The notes beneath the pieces were generated by a model that was not told the DNA's origin, ran no database searches, and was given only the letters and a program-made list of their open reading frames with translations. From the NCBI GenBank assembly GCA_965248925.1, contig CBDFLE010000005.1:1472001-1536000 (forward strand): a stretch of 64,000 bases of DNA, given 5' to 3'. The stretch is from Candidatus Multivoradales bacterium (GTDB lineage: Bacteria; Acidobacteriota; Thermoanaerobaculia; Multivoradales; J023). A program made the position numbers and the translations under genes. This document shows, in pieces, positions 1 through 8,478 of the stretch (the first letter of the stretch is position 1; the number at the start of each line of letters is the position of its first letter).

Positions 1-731
1 ACATGAGCCAGCAGCCAGAAGTAGAGGCCGAAGGCCAGCGCTGAGCCCATGACTCCGAGATAGATCACCGCCAGCACCGATCCGAGCGATGGATCGAGCG
101 GCCGACCGCCCTCCAGCACCAGCGCCGCGCAGCCAATCCCGAGCCCGGCGCCGAACATCGGCACGGCGATAATCGCCAAGGGGTGCAGTCCCTTGCCCCA
201 ACGCTTGAGCAACACCTGCGCCAACGCCGCCGCGGCTGGCGCTAACAGCAAGACCGCGGCAGCCACGGCCACCTGCGAATCGCCGAAATTACCGAGGTCG
301 TCCGAGAAAACCAGCCCGATGCCGCCAAAGCCCACCAGCACTCCCGCCAACCCCCAACCACCGGCTCCCTCGCCAGGCGACAACCAAGCGGCGAAGAGCA
401 CCACGAAGAGAGGCATGGTCGAAAACAGCACGCTGGTCAGCCCCGAAGGAACCCACTGCTGTGCCCAATAGACCACCACATAGGACACTCCGAAGCCGAG
501 TACGCCCTGAGCCAACCACAGCCGGCGCTCGTAGCGACCGCGCCCGAGCTTGACCCCTCGGAACCGGGCCAGGACCAAGAGCAGCAGGCCACCCAAGACA
601 AAGCGCAGGGCCAGACCGGTCAGCGGCGGAAACCCTTGCAGGCTGATCTTCACCGCCGCCCAGGTGGTCCCCCAGATCAAGGTTAGCAATGCGCCGGTGA
701 GCAGCAGGTAGAGGCGGCGGGGCTTCAGCAT
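1..731 (-). CDS. EamA/DMT family transporter (3' end runs off the window)
   Basis: Not in the ORF track. Translated by hand from ATG at 731: MLKPRRLYLLLTGALLTLIWGTTWAAVKISLQGFPPLTGLALRF. The IWGTTW and PPL..LALRF motifs and continuous hydrophobic segments are typical of EamA. Confidence 0.85.
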   Translation of the reverse strand, partial: MLKPRRLYLLLTGALLTLIWGTTWAAVKISLQGFPPLTGLALRFVLGGLLLLVLARFRGVKLGRGRYERRLWLAQGVLGFGVSYVVVYWAQQWVPSGLTSVLFSTMPLFVVLFAAWLSPGEGAGGWGLAGVLVGFGGIGLVFSDDLGNFGDSQVAVAAAVLLLAPAAAALAQVLLKRWGKGLHPLAIIAVPMFGAGLGIGCAALVLEGGRPLDPSLGSVLAVIYLGVMGSALAFGLYFWLLAH

Positions 732-806
732 AGATCTCGGCGCCCGAGCTGGGCGATCGGTAAGGGGTCAGGATTGGAGATGGCGCATCATAGCCCACCT
801 TCTCGA

Positions 807-843
807 CCGTGCTGAGTCTCGGCAAGTGCTAGACTCAGCACGG
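807..843. promoter_or_regulatory. Perfect 13-bp inverted repeat (CCGTGCTGAGTCT-N11-AGACTCAGCACGG) between divergent EamA and ABC1 genes
   Basis: Arms at 807-819 and 831-843 are exact reverse complements. Function (operator or hairpin) is inferred. Confidence 0.45.
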
Positions 844-880
844 CTCAGAGCCTCTCCGACAACCGATCAGACTCCCATTC

Positions 881-2599
881 ATGCCTGAAGCTAGCCCACC
901 CGCCGACGACTTCAACCCGGCGATGGGATTGGAGATACCGTCCCTGGCCGAGGCCGGTTTCGAGGAACTGCGCGAGCGCCGAGCGCCGGGATTGCTGCGC
1001 CGTCTCTTATCCACCCAGCGACAATTCATCGGACTTGCCCTGGGCGGTTGGGTGGATTGGGTGCGCACGCGCCGCGGCACTGAGCGGCGAGGCCTGCGTT
1101 TTCGCTTGTTACAAGGAGGGTCGTGGCTGGTCTATCCGCTGTTGAAACGGTCGCTGCGGCGAGAGAGTTTTCCAGTCCAGCTGCGCCGCCGTTGCGAAAT
1201 CCTCGGCCCAAGCTACATCAAACTCGGCCAGGTGCTCAGCCTGCGCCAAGACCTGCTGCCGCGAGCGATCACCGAAGAACTCAAGAACCTACTCGATCGA
1301 TTGCCGGCAGTTCCCTATCTGCGATTCCTCGAGCTGATCGCCGAGGATCTCGGACAGCCGGTGCACGAAATGTTCTCCTGGGTCGACCCACGGCCCACCG
1401 GCTCGGCTTCGATCGCCCAAAGCCACCGGGCGACGACCCTCGAGGGCGACGCGGTGATCCTCAAAGTGGTCAAGCCGGGAATTCGCAGCATGTTGGCGGT
1501 CGACTCTAGACTACTAGGCATGTTCAGCCGCTTGCTGCAACTGTTTTGGGCCCGCTACCAACCACGCCGGGTGGCGCAAGAATTCATTGACTACACCCTG
1601 CGCGAGGTCGACCTGAAGCGCGAGGCCGACAACGCCGAGACCTTCGCCGCCAACTTCGCCGACACCCCCAGCGTGGTGTTTCCGCGGATCTACCGCCGCT
1701 ACAGCGGCAACAGCGTGCTGTGCATGGAGTTCTTCGACGGCGTGCGGCCAGACTCCGAGGCCGCCACCGCCCTCGGCGACCAGACCAAGGATCAGGTGAT
1801 CGATACCGGAGTAGGGGTGATCATCAAGATGCTCTACCGCGACGGCTTTTTTCACGCCGATCTGCATCCCGGCAACCTGCTGCTGCTGGATGAAGGCAAG
1901 AAGACCGGGTTTATTGACCTCGGCATGGTCGGCCGTCTGGAAGAGGACACCCGCCGCACCCTGCTCTACTACTACTACTGCCTGGTCACTGGCGACGCGG
2001 CCAACGCGGCACGTTATCTGAGCGCGGTGGCCAGCGACTCCCCCGGCGCCGATCGCGGCGGTTTTCGCCGCGCCGTCGAAGAGGTCAGCCGGCGCTGGGC
2101 GCGACACGCCAACTTCGAGGATTTTTCGTTCGCCCAGTTGATCCTCGAATCGGTCACCCTGGCTGGCCGCTACCGCCTTTACTTCCCGGTCGAGCTGGTG
2201 TTAATGACCAAGGCGCTAGTGACCTTCGAAGGGGTCGGCCAGATGCTCAAACCCGGCTTCGATATCGCCGCCGTTTCACAGCGCCATGTGACCCAGTTGT
2301 TCCTGCATCAGTTCAATCCCCTGCGGCTGGCCAAAGAAAGCCTGCGCGGCGCCCCCGAGCTGATCGACGCCGTGGTCAAGGGACCGATGCTGATCACTGA
2401 GGGCCTGCGCTTGCTGGAGAAAGCCGCCCGCCAGCCCTCGCGCAGTCCGCTGAGCGGTGTTCGCGGCACCCTTTTCGGCGGTTTCTGCATGGTGGCGGCG
2501 GCTATCCTGCTGGTTGGCGACCACGGCGACCGGCTGTGGCCGCTGGCCGCCGTGCTGCTAGTCGCCGGCCTGCTGGCGGCGTTTGGCAACCGCGAGTGA
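881..2599 (+). CDS. ABC1/AarF/UbiB family atypical kinase
   Basis: GPSYIKLGQ, ASIAQ.H.A, VILKV, FFHADLHPGN and IDLGMVG motifs; two C-terminal TM helices. Confidence 0.93.
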   Translation: MPEASPPADDFNPAMGLEIPSLAEAGFEELRERRAPGLLRRLLSTQRQFIGLALGGWVDWVRTRRGTERRGLRFRLLQGGSWLVYPLLKRSLRRESFPVQLRRRCEILGPSYIKLGQVLSLRQDLLPRAITEELKNLLDRLPAVPYLRFLELIAEDLGQPVHEMFSWVDPRPTGSASIAQSHRATTLEGDAVILKVVKPGIRSMLAVDSRLLGMFSRLLQLFWARYQPRRVAQEFIDYTLREVDLKREADNAETFAANFADTPSVVFPRIYRRYSGNSVLCMEFFDGVRPDSEAATALGDQTKDQVIDTGVGVIIKMLYRDGFFHADLHPGNLLLLDEGKKTGFIDLGMVGRLEEDTRRTLLYYYYCLVTGDAANAARYLSAVASDSPGADRGGFRRAVEEVSRRWARHANFEDFSFAQLILESVTLAGRYRLYFPVELVLMTKALVTFEGVGQMLKPGFDIAAVSQRHVTQLFLHQFNPLRLAKESLRGAPELIDAVVKGPMLITEGLRLLEKAARQPSRSPLSGVRGTLFGGFCMVAAAILLVGDHGDRLWPLAAVLLVAGLLAAFGNRE

Positions 2600-2631
2600 G
2601 TGAGTGGCTGATGCCATGTTGCTCAGACTCG

Positions 2632-5235
2632 CTACCGTCGGGGTCGACCAAACCAACGGTGGCGGGCCAGCAGCCCACCGAGCACCCCCAGCAAAAGCAG
2701 TCCAGCGGCCGAGATCAACCAGCGGCCCGGCGGGTCGACACCCCCTGGCACCGGCACCAGATCGCCATTACCGAACACCACCACGTTGGCCCAGGTCGAT
2801 TCCGGCTCGCCCCTCGCCGCCCAACGGCGCTGGGTGGCGGCCAATGCCTGGCTCAGGCTGAGCCCGCGGCTCAGCTGAGCGTAGAAGCCGTCGAAGAAAA
2901 GCCTGCCCTGCTTGTCAGGCAACGGCCGCAGGGTGCCGACCACCGCTTGCGCACCGGCGGCGAAGAAGGCCCGGGCGAGGCTCATCACCCCTGCGCCTCG
3001 CAGCCACCGACCGGCGGCGCTGTTGCAGACTGAGAGCACCACCACCTTCCCTTCGAGGTCGAGTTCGGCGATCTCATCGAGGTGCAATTGGCCGTCCTCA
3101 GCAGCACCCCGAGCCAGCTGCACCCGAGAGCGCTGGGGATCATCGTCAGCAACCGCGTGGGTGGCAAAATGCAACATGCTGAAGGGGCTGAGATCGGTGG
3201 TCTTCAGCGCATCCTCGGTGGCCGCGGCACCCGAGATCAAGCGACTGGTACCGGGCAAGTGGCGGACGATCGCCCGGCCTTCTCGGTAAGCGTGTGGCAA
3301 GGGCCCAAGCCCCACCCCACTCCCGCCCGAGCGCTGCTCGGCCACCGCTGAGCCCAGAGCTGCTAGCGGATCGGCAAAGGCCAGCACCGAGGCCAGATCG
3401 ACGCTTTGCTCGGCACCTTGCCAATGCAGCCATAGCTCCGCCGAGGGAACGATCGAGATCGAATAGCGCTCGGCCAAGGTCAGCCCGCCCTCCGCGGTCC
3501 GCAGGGCGGCGAAGGGCAGCAGATGCAGAACCCCATCGGGAATGATCAACAAGCGCTCGATGGTTGCCGGCAGCTGATCGAGGGCGTCGCCGAGCAAGCT
3601 GGCGTGAAGATTGGCCCAGGTGGCAGCGGACCACTCCCCCTCGGTCCGCTTGCCTAACTTCTCGACAGCGCCTTCGAGATCGGCGCGATCGACGCTGAGC
3701 CGCACCGAGCGAACCTGCCGACGGGTCGCCACCAGCAGCCAGGAGCCACCGAGAAACTGCCCACCAAGATCCTCTTCGAGCCCAATCTGAAACGACAGCA
3801 TCGCCTGGTTCTTTGCCAGTCCGGCGCTGACCTGATCGAGCAGATCGGCCGCCGGCAGGGCGAGCAGCGGGGCATTCTCGGGATCACCCAGGAGCAAGAT
3901 CTCACGCAGGTGCTGCGCACGGAGACGCTCGATGACGGCAAAGGCACGGCGCGGGTCAGCTTCGGTTGGGTCCTGCAGCAGCCAACCGGCAACAACATAG
4001 TAGGGGTCAGACCAGGCGTGGAGCAGCTCCTCCCGGGCCAGTCCTGTCTGGCTGCTACGGATGGCCTCGAGGGCATCGAGAACCGCGCCACCGGCTTCCA
4101 GGGCGGCGGCCAAAGAACGACTCTGGCGGAGGATCTCGAGCCGCTCCGGCCAGCCGTCGATCAGACTCCAGGGATCTTCGCTGAGCGGCGGCTCGGTGGT
4201 GATCTGGTCTAGCAACCATGAGGCCTGGCGCGGATCGTCTCGCAGCCACCAGCGAGCCTCGGCTAGGCGGCAGCTTCGATCCAGCCGCTGATCGCCGAGC
4301 TCGCCAGCCAGCTGCAGACAGCGCTGCAGATGGACGATCGCGCCACTGCCTCCCTGCAACCGGGCCAGCGAGCGGCGGGCGGTCGCCTCAGCCTCCTTGT
4401 AGTCCAGCTCTTCGAGCACCGCGCTCAACTGCTCTAGCTCGGCGATCAGAAACCGGCGATTGCCGGCGCTCGGAGGCTTGAAGCGGAGCTGCAAGATCAG
4501 CTTGTTCAGATCGGCTCGGGCTTGATCTCGACGGCTGCGGATGAATTCGCCAAGCTGCCCCTCGAGGCTCCGAGCCTCCTCCTCCCGACCGCGCCGGTTG
4601 CAGGCCTCGAGGAGGATCTCCAGACACCGCTGACGGGTCTTGAAGATGCGCGAACGATGGTCGAATGCCGGCGCCTGGACCTCGCTGCAGATCCCCCGCA
4701 AGGCGTCGGTGGCGGCCGCCAGCTCACCCGTCCCCGAGTAGACCTCGATCTGTAGCCGGCCCGCGGCCACACGCAGCAGGCTGAGCCGATCACCGCTCTG
4801 CGAAGCCGCCTCGTCGGCCTTGTACAGGGCCTCTTCCCAGAGCGGATCCTGGCACCGCCTGAGCACCAAGGCGAGGGCGGACCAGGCCCGGCTGGCATTG
4901 GCCAGCTCCGCGCGGTCGGCGAAGAGCTCCGCGGCTCGGTCGTAGGCGGCCGCCGTCGGCGCACCGCACAGCTGATTGATCAGCCGCAGCTCGCCGAGGT
5001 AGTAGTGCCGCCAGGGAGCCACCGGCAGCACCTCGGCCTGCTGCTCGAGGAGCGCAATGGCCCTGGGCCGATCGCCGATCACATCCGCGGTTTCCAAGAA
5101 GCACCTGGCAGCCGACTCAGCGTCGGGCTGGTCGGCCAGCTGCTCAGCACAAGCTTCATAGGGATCTTGGTCAGCGGCGGCAGCCGGCAGGGTCGCTAGC
5201 AGCAGCAGACCGACCCATCCACGCGAAGCTCTCAT
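2632..5235 (-). CDS. CHAT-domain (caspase/separase-like) protease with signal peptide, helical TPR-like region and C-terminal membrane anchor
   Basis: LLIIPDGVLHLLPFAAL; catalytic His in LHFATHA; DGQL; catalytic Cys in VVLSVCNS; SLARAFFAAGA. N-terminal signal peptide MRASRGWVGLLLLATLPAAAA; C-terminal TM followed by a basic tail (RHRWFGRPRR). Confidence 0.9.
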   Translation of the reverse strand: MRASRGWVGLLLLATLPAAAADQDPYEACAEQLADQPDAESAARCFLETADVIGDRPRAIALLEQQAEVLPVAPWRHYYLGELRLINQLCGAPTAAAYDRAAELFADRAELANASRAWSALALVLRRCQDPLWEEALYKADEAASQSGDRLSLLRVAAGRLQIEVYSGTGELAAATDALRGICSEVQAPAFDHRSRIFKTRQRCLEILLEACNRRGREEEARSLEGQLGEFIRSRRDQARADLNKLILQLRFKPPSAGNRRFLIAELEQLSAVLEELDYKEAEATARRSLARLQGGSGAIVHLQRCLQLAGELGDQRLDRSCRLAEARWWLRDDPRQASWLLDQITTEPPLSEDPWSLIDGWPERLEILRQSRSLAAALEAGGAVLDALEAIRSSQTGLAREELLHAWSDPYYVVAGWLLQDPTEADPRRAFAVIERLRAQHLREILLLGDPENAPLLALPAADLLDQVSAGLAKNQAMLSFQIGLEEDLGGQFLGGSWLLVATRRQVRSVRLSVDRADLEGAVEKLGKRTEGEWSAATWANLHASLLGDALDQLPATIERLLIIPDGVLHLLPFAALRTAEGGLTLAERYSISIVPSAELWLHWQGAEQSVDLASVLAFADPLAALGSAVAEQRSGGSGVGLGPLPHAYREGRAIVRHLPGTSRLISGAAATEDALKTTDLSPFSMLHFATHAVADDDPQRSRVQLARGAAEDGQLHLDEIAELDLEGKVVVLSVCNSAAGRWLRGAGVMSLARAFFAAGAQAVVGTLRPLPDKQGRLFFDGFYAQLSRGLSLSQALAATQRRWAARGEPESTWANVVVFGNGDLVPVPGGVDPPGRWLISAAGLLLLGVLGGLLARHRWFGRPRR

Positions 5236-5867
5236 TCCAGGGTCCGGATGAAGGTCCTACTGGCCAGCCGATTGCCGTCCTGGCGGTAGGCGGTGAGGAA
5301 GATCGCCAGCTCGGTACCCGCCGGCAGGCCTTCGAGATCCTGGGGCAGCACCCCGTACTCGCGATCGGTCAAGTAGGGCTCCTCGATGGTGGTGGTCATC
5401 AGCTGCGCCTCCGGGCCGATTTCTAGAGCGAAGAACTCTGCTTCCTCGGCCCCTTGCCAGCGAATGACCCAACCCTGGCGCGGCACCGTCGGGCCGCCGA
5501 GCAGCTCGAGCCCGTCGGCGGGCGCGCGCAGAACCTCGGGCGCTGGAGTGCGATCTAGAATCGATAGGCCGAGGGCCAGGGGCAAGAGGGCCGCCACCGC
5601 CAGCAGCGGCTTCCACCAACCCCCGGCGCTCGACCGCCGCCGCCCGGCGTCGTCGTCGATCTCCACCGCCAGTCGCCAAGCCTCGGTACACGAGGGGCAA
5701 CCGGCGATGTGCTCGATCAGCCAGCGCTGCTCGGCACTCGCTAGCTGGTCGCGAACACCTTCCCAGATCACCGCTGGTGGCGGGCAATCGGCGGTCGGCG
5801 CGTCATCTCGCGAGGTAGCGTTGAAGCCCCGGCGCAGGATAGAGAGACTCTGTTGCTGATCGCTCAC
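5232..5867 (-). CDS. Zinc-finger (zf-HC2/ZAS) anti-sigma factor, single TM, extracytoplasmic beta domain
   Basis: C-x24-HIAGCPSC motif, then TM (WWKPLLAVAALLPLALGLSIL). GTG start at 5867 overlaps the sigma stop (GTGA) and its stop overlaps the CHAT start (ATGA). The ORF-track start at 5951 is probably too long. Confidence 0.82.
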   Translation of the reverse strand: MSDQQQSLSILRRGFNATSRDDAPTADCPPPAVIWEGVRDQLASAEQRWLIEHIAGCPSCTEAWRLAVEIDDDAGRRRSSAGGWWKPLLAVAALLPLALGLSILDRTPAPEVLRAPADGLELLGGPTVPRQGWVIRWQGAEEAEFFALEIGPEAQLMTTTIEEPYLTDREYGVLPQDLEGLPAGTELAIFLTAYRQDGNRLASRTFIRTLE

Positions 5868-6445
5868 GCTTCGATCCCCTTGGTTCGCAGACAACGACGA
5901 AGGTCTTGCAGGCCGCGATAGATCAGGTTCTCGGCCTGCTTGCGCCGCCATCCCATCCGGCTGGCGATCTGCCGCACTTTATAATCGCTGACCAAACGCA
6001 GGATCACCGCCGAGCGCCGCGAAGCAGCGATGCCCTGCAAGCAATCTCGAATCTCTCGGCCGAGTTCGGACGACAAGCTGGAGCGCTCCGGATCGGCCGC
6101 GCCCTCGATCAGCTCAATCTGGTCTTCGACAGTCTCGAGCGGTACCTCACCGCGGCTGCGCAAACGACGAATCTCATCGACCAAGGCGGTGTAAGCCGCT
6201 CGGCGCAGATAGGACGCCGGGAAGGGGCGATCCGGTTCTCGCCGGGCGGCTTGTCGCAACACCGCCATCATCGCGGTTTGAACCAGATCGTCTTGCTGCG
6301 CCCGCAGCCAGGCCGGGCAGATATTCCCCACCGCCCGCTCCAACTTGGCCCGCAAAACAGCATGCTGGTCCGCCCTAGGAGGCTTCTTGGAGCCGGAGCC
6401 AGCGACCTGTGCCGGGGTAAGGAATAACGCTCTTGGATCAGCCAT
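5864..6445 (-). CDS. ECF (sigma-70 group 4) RNA polymerase sigma factor
   Basis: Region 2 DDLVQTAM...YLRRAAYTALVDEIRR; region 4 RRSAVILRL...VRQIASRMG...LIYRGLQDLRRCL. Start taken at ATG 6445 (MADPRA); exact start uncertain. Confidence 0.88.
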   Translation of the reverse strand: MADPRALFLTPAQVAGSGSKKPPRADQHAVLRAKLERAVGNICPAWLRAQQDDLVQTAMMAVLRQAARREPDRPFPASYLRRAAYTALVDEIRRLRSRGEVPLETVEDQIELIEGAADPERSSLSSELGREIRDCLQGIAASRRSAVILRLVSDYKVRQIASRMGWRRKQAENLIYRGLQDLRRCLRTKGIEA

Positions 6446-6681
6446 GGTTAGATCGAAAACTTTTCCCATAATCCTACACCAGTCCTCACCAAATCGTCGA
6501 TTGGAAGTCACCCACCCTGCTCTCGAGAACCAGGACGGAGGGCGACCGGCTTTTCCCTCAGCCAAGATCATCTTTCGCCCTCCTCATTCTCGAGTGAGGT
6601 AATAGGCAAAGTGATTCCGTCCTAGCTGTGGGGAGAGAACTCACAATCGAATTTTTCTGTGGCCTAGCGAAGGAGACAACC

Positions 6682-7350
6682 ATGTGTGGGACCAAGAAAT
6701 CAGAGTGGCTAGTCGTCTTGACAATCTTCAGCTTGTTCGGCTCGGGCAGCGCCTGGGCCTGTACCAGGGGCTCGACTCTCGGCTGGGAGCCGATCTCCGT
6801 CTCTGCCTTCGCTGGCGCCTCGGAAGAGGGCCCTGGCAGTACGGAGCTCGGCGTGGAGTGTACGTTTGGAAACCAAGCAAAGCACGGTCTTGCCATCGAG
6901 TTCGGCAGCGTGGTGATGCGCAGCGAGGATCAACCCGGCACCCCACTCTTGGCGGCTCTAAGGGTCGGCGAAGCCGCCGCCGATCTGCCCGGCCCGCAAC
7001 ACCTGCACCAGGGGTACTACACCCTCGGCTATCGATTCAGGCTCCTTCACGCCAGCAGGCGTGAAGGAGCCAAACTGAACCTGAAGATCTACCTCGGGCC
7101 GGGCCTGGCCTACTACGACCACGGCAACGCCCTTGGTTACAACGTCGTGCTCGGCAGCGAGGTCGGTCTCAACAAAGAGGCCAGCTATGGTCTCGAGTTC
7201 AAAGCGACCTACCACAAACCTGATTCAAGCGCTGCATTCTTCAACTATCTGGTCGGCTTTCGCTTTCATGTTCCTGATTGGGACAAGTTGACCGATCGGG
7301 CGGCTGAGAAAGCGCTGGCCAAGTTAAAGCGCAACAAGATAGAAGGCTGA
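6682..7350 (+). CDS. Secreted hypothetical protein, possible outer-membrane beta-barrel
   Basis: AAGGAG RBS before ATG 6682; signal peptide ending SAWA; amphipathic strands (YYTLGYRFRL, IYLGPGLAYY, YGLEFKATY, YLVGFRF). Confidence 0.6.
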   Translation: MCGTKKSEWLVVLTIFSLFGSGSAWACTRGSTLGWEPISVSAFAGASEEGPGSTELGVECTFGNQAKHGLAIEFGSVVMRSEDQPGTPLLAALRVGEAAADLPGPQHLHQGYYTLGYRFRLLHASRREGAKLNLKIYLGPGLAYYDHGNALGYNVVLGSEVGLNKEASYGLEFKATYHKPDSSAAFFNYLVGFRFHVPDWDKLTDRAAEKALAKLKRNKIEG

Positions 7351-7355
7351 GAGGA

Positions 7356-8196
7356 GGAGATCTGCTCAACCAGCAGGGCGGAGTGGTCTGCGGCACCGCC
7401 TCCAGCAACGACAATCACGGCACCGCGGTGATCGAAATGCTTTCGGTATCACCGGCATCGCCGCCGACCGGCTGCGCGCCGGTGACCTTCTGTTGCTGGA
7501 GATTCATCGGGCCGGTCCCAGGTTCGGCTTTCAAGGGCGCGGTGACCAGAAGGGCTATATCGCGATCGAGTGGTGGCCGGACGACTACGCCGCCATTCGC
7601 TACGCCACCAGCCGCGAGCCCTACGTCGATCGAGTGCGTTGTGGATTCTCCAACTTCGGCCGCCGGCTCGACGCCCAGGGTTGGGGCTGGGAAGTGACCA
7701 CCAGCGGCTACGGCTCGCTGCAGGGTGGAGTCCACAACCGCTGGTATACACGGACACCTTCTCCGGCACTTCGAGCGCTTCACCGATCGTCACCGGCGTG
7801 CTGGCATCATTGCAAGGCATCCTGCGTGCCCAGATTGCCGCACTGCTCACCCCGGCGCAGGCGATCGGCTTGCTGCACAGCAGCGGCTCGCCACAGCAGA
7901 GCGCCGCTGACCGGCCGAACTCGCAGCGCATCGGCAACCGGCCGGATCTGGCCCAGCTGATCCCGCGGGCGACCAAGGTCACCTACAGCAACCGTTTGAT
8001 TCGCCAGACCTTCACCTCACACCACAGTCGCAACGCCTGGGCCAACATCCAGGGCCTCGGCTGCCGCAAGATCCTGGCTGGAAGCAAAGACGGGGTCAGC
8101 AACTGCTTCGTTATCTGCTGTGAAGCGATGGCCAACCAGCGGCGAGTGACCCTGCAAGCCGACAACCGACACATTTACCACCTGTTCATGAAATGA
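7356..8196 (+). pseudogene. S8 (subtilisin-family) serine protease pseudogene: 5'-truncated, internally deleted, frameshifted
   Basis: Fragments lie in three frames: DLLNQQGG...NHGTAVI (catalytic His); RNAFGITGIA...IEWWPDDYAAIRYAT...FSNFGRRLDAQGWG; and TDTFSGTSSASPIV (catalytic Ser) plus a C-terminal domain. No start codon, propeptide, catalytic Asp or AAGN oxyanion segment. Confidence 0.85.
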
Positions 8197-8416
8197 CCTG
8201 AGCGCGGAGGCGGACGGCGAGGCACTGCCGGAGCCTACTCCGGCCGTCGCCGAGGGTGATGACGAGGCGGAGACTGCACCTCCGGCACCCCAGCAGGTGC
8301 TAGCCGACCTGGCCGCCAGCGGCGAGCTGGCGACTGGCGAATCCTTCGATCCGCTACCCGCTGAGCAGCTGCCGAAGCCAACAGATGCCGCCTTCGCCAC
8401 CCCGACTGATGACTGA
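8193..8416 (+). pseudogene. Small acidic Pro-rich ORF remnant downstream of the S8 gene
   Basis: ATG 8193 overlaps the S8 stop but hits TGA after 2 codons. The neighbouring frame reads ~74 codons open (DLSAEADGEALPEPTPAVAEGDDEAET...PTDD*) with no start of its own. Confidence 0.4.
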
Positions 8417-8478
8417 CGACTATCTCGAGAGTCCGAGCCAGCTCGGCCGCTGGCTGAGGGGGCTTTGTTGGGGAGGGT

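Noticed and set aside
2632-6445. Type III-E CRISPR Craspase or other CHAT antiphage locus
   Set aside because: No cas genes, array or SAVED domain in the window, and the CHAT protein looks exported and membrane-anchored.
7383-7960. ORFs 7383-7697 and 7493-7960 as independent genes
   Set aside because: They are frame fragments of the single S8 pseudogene.
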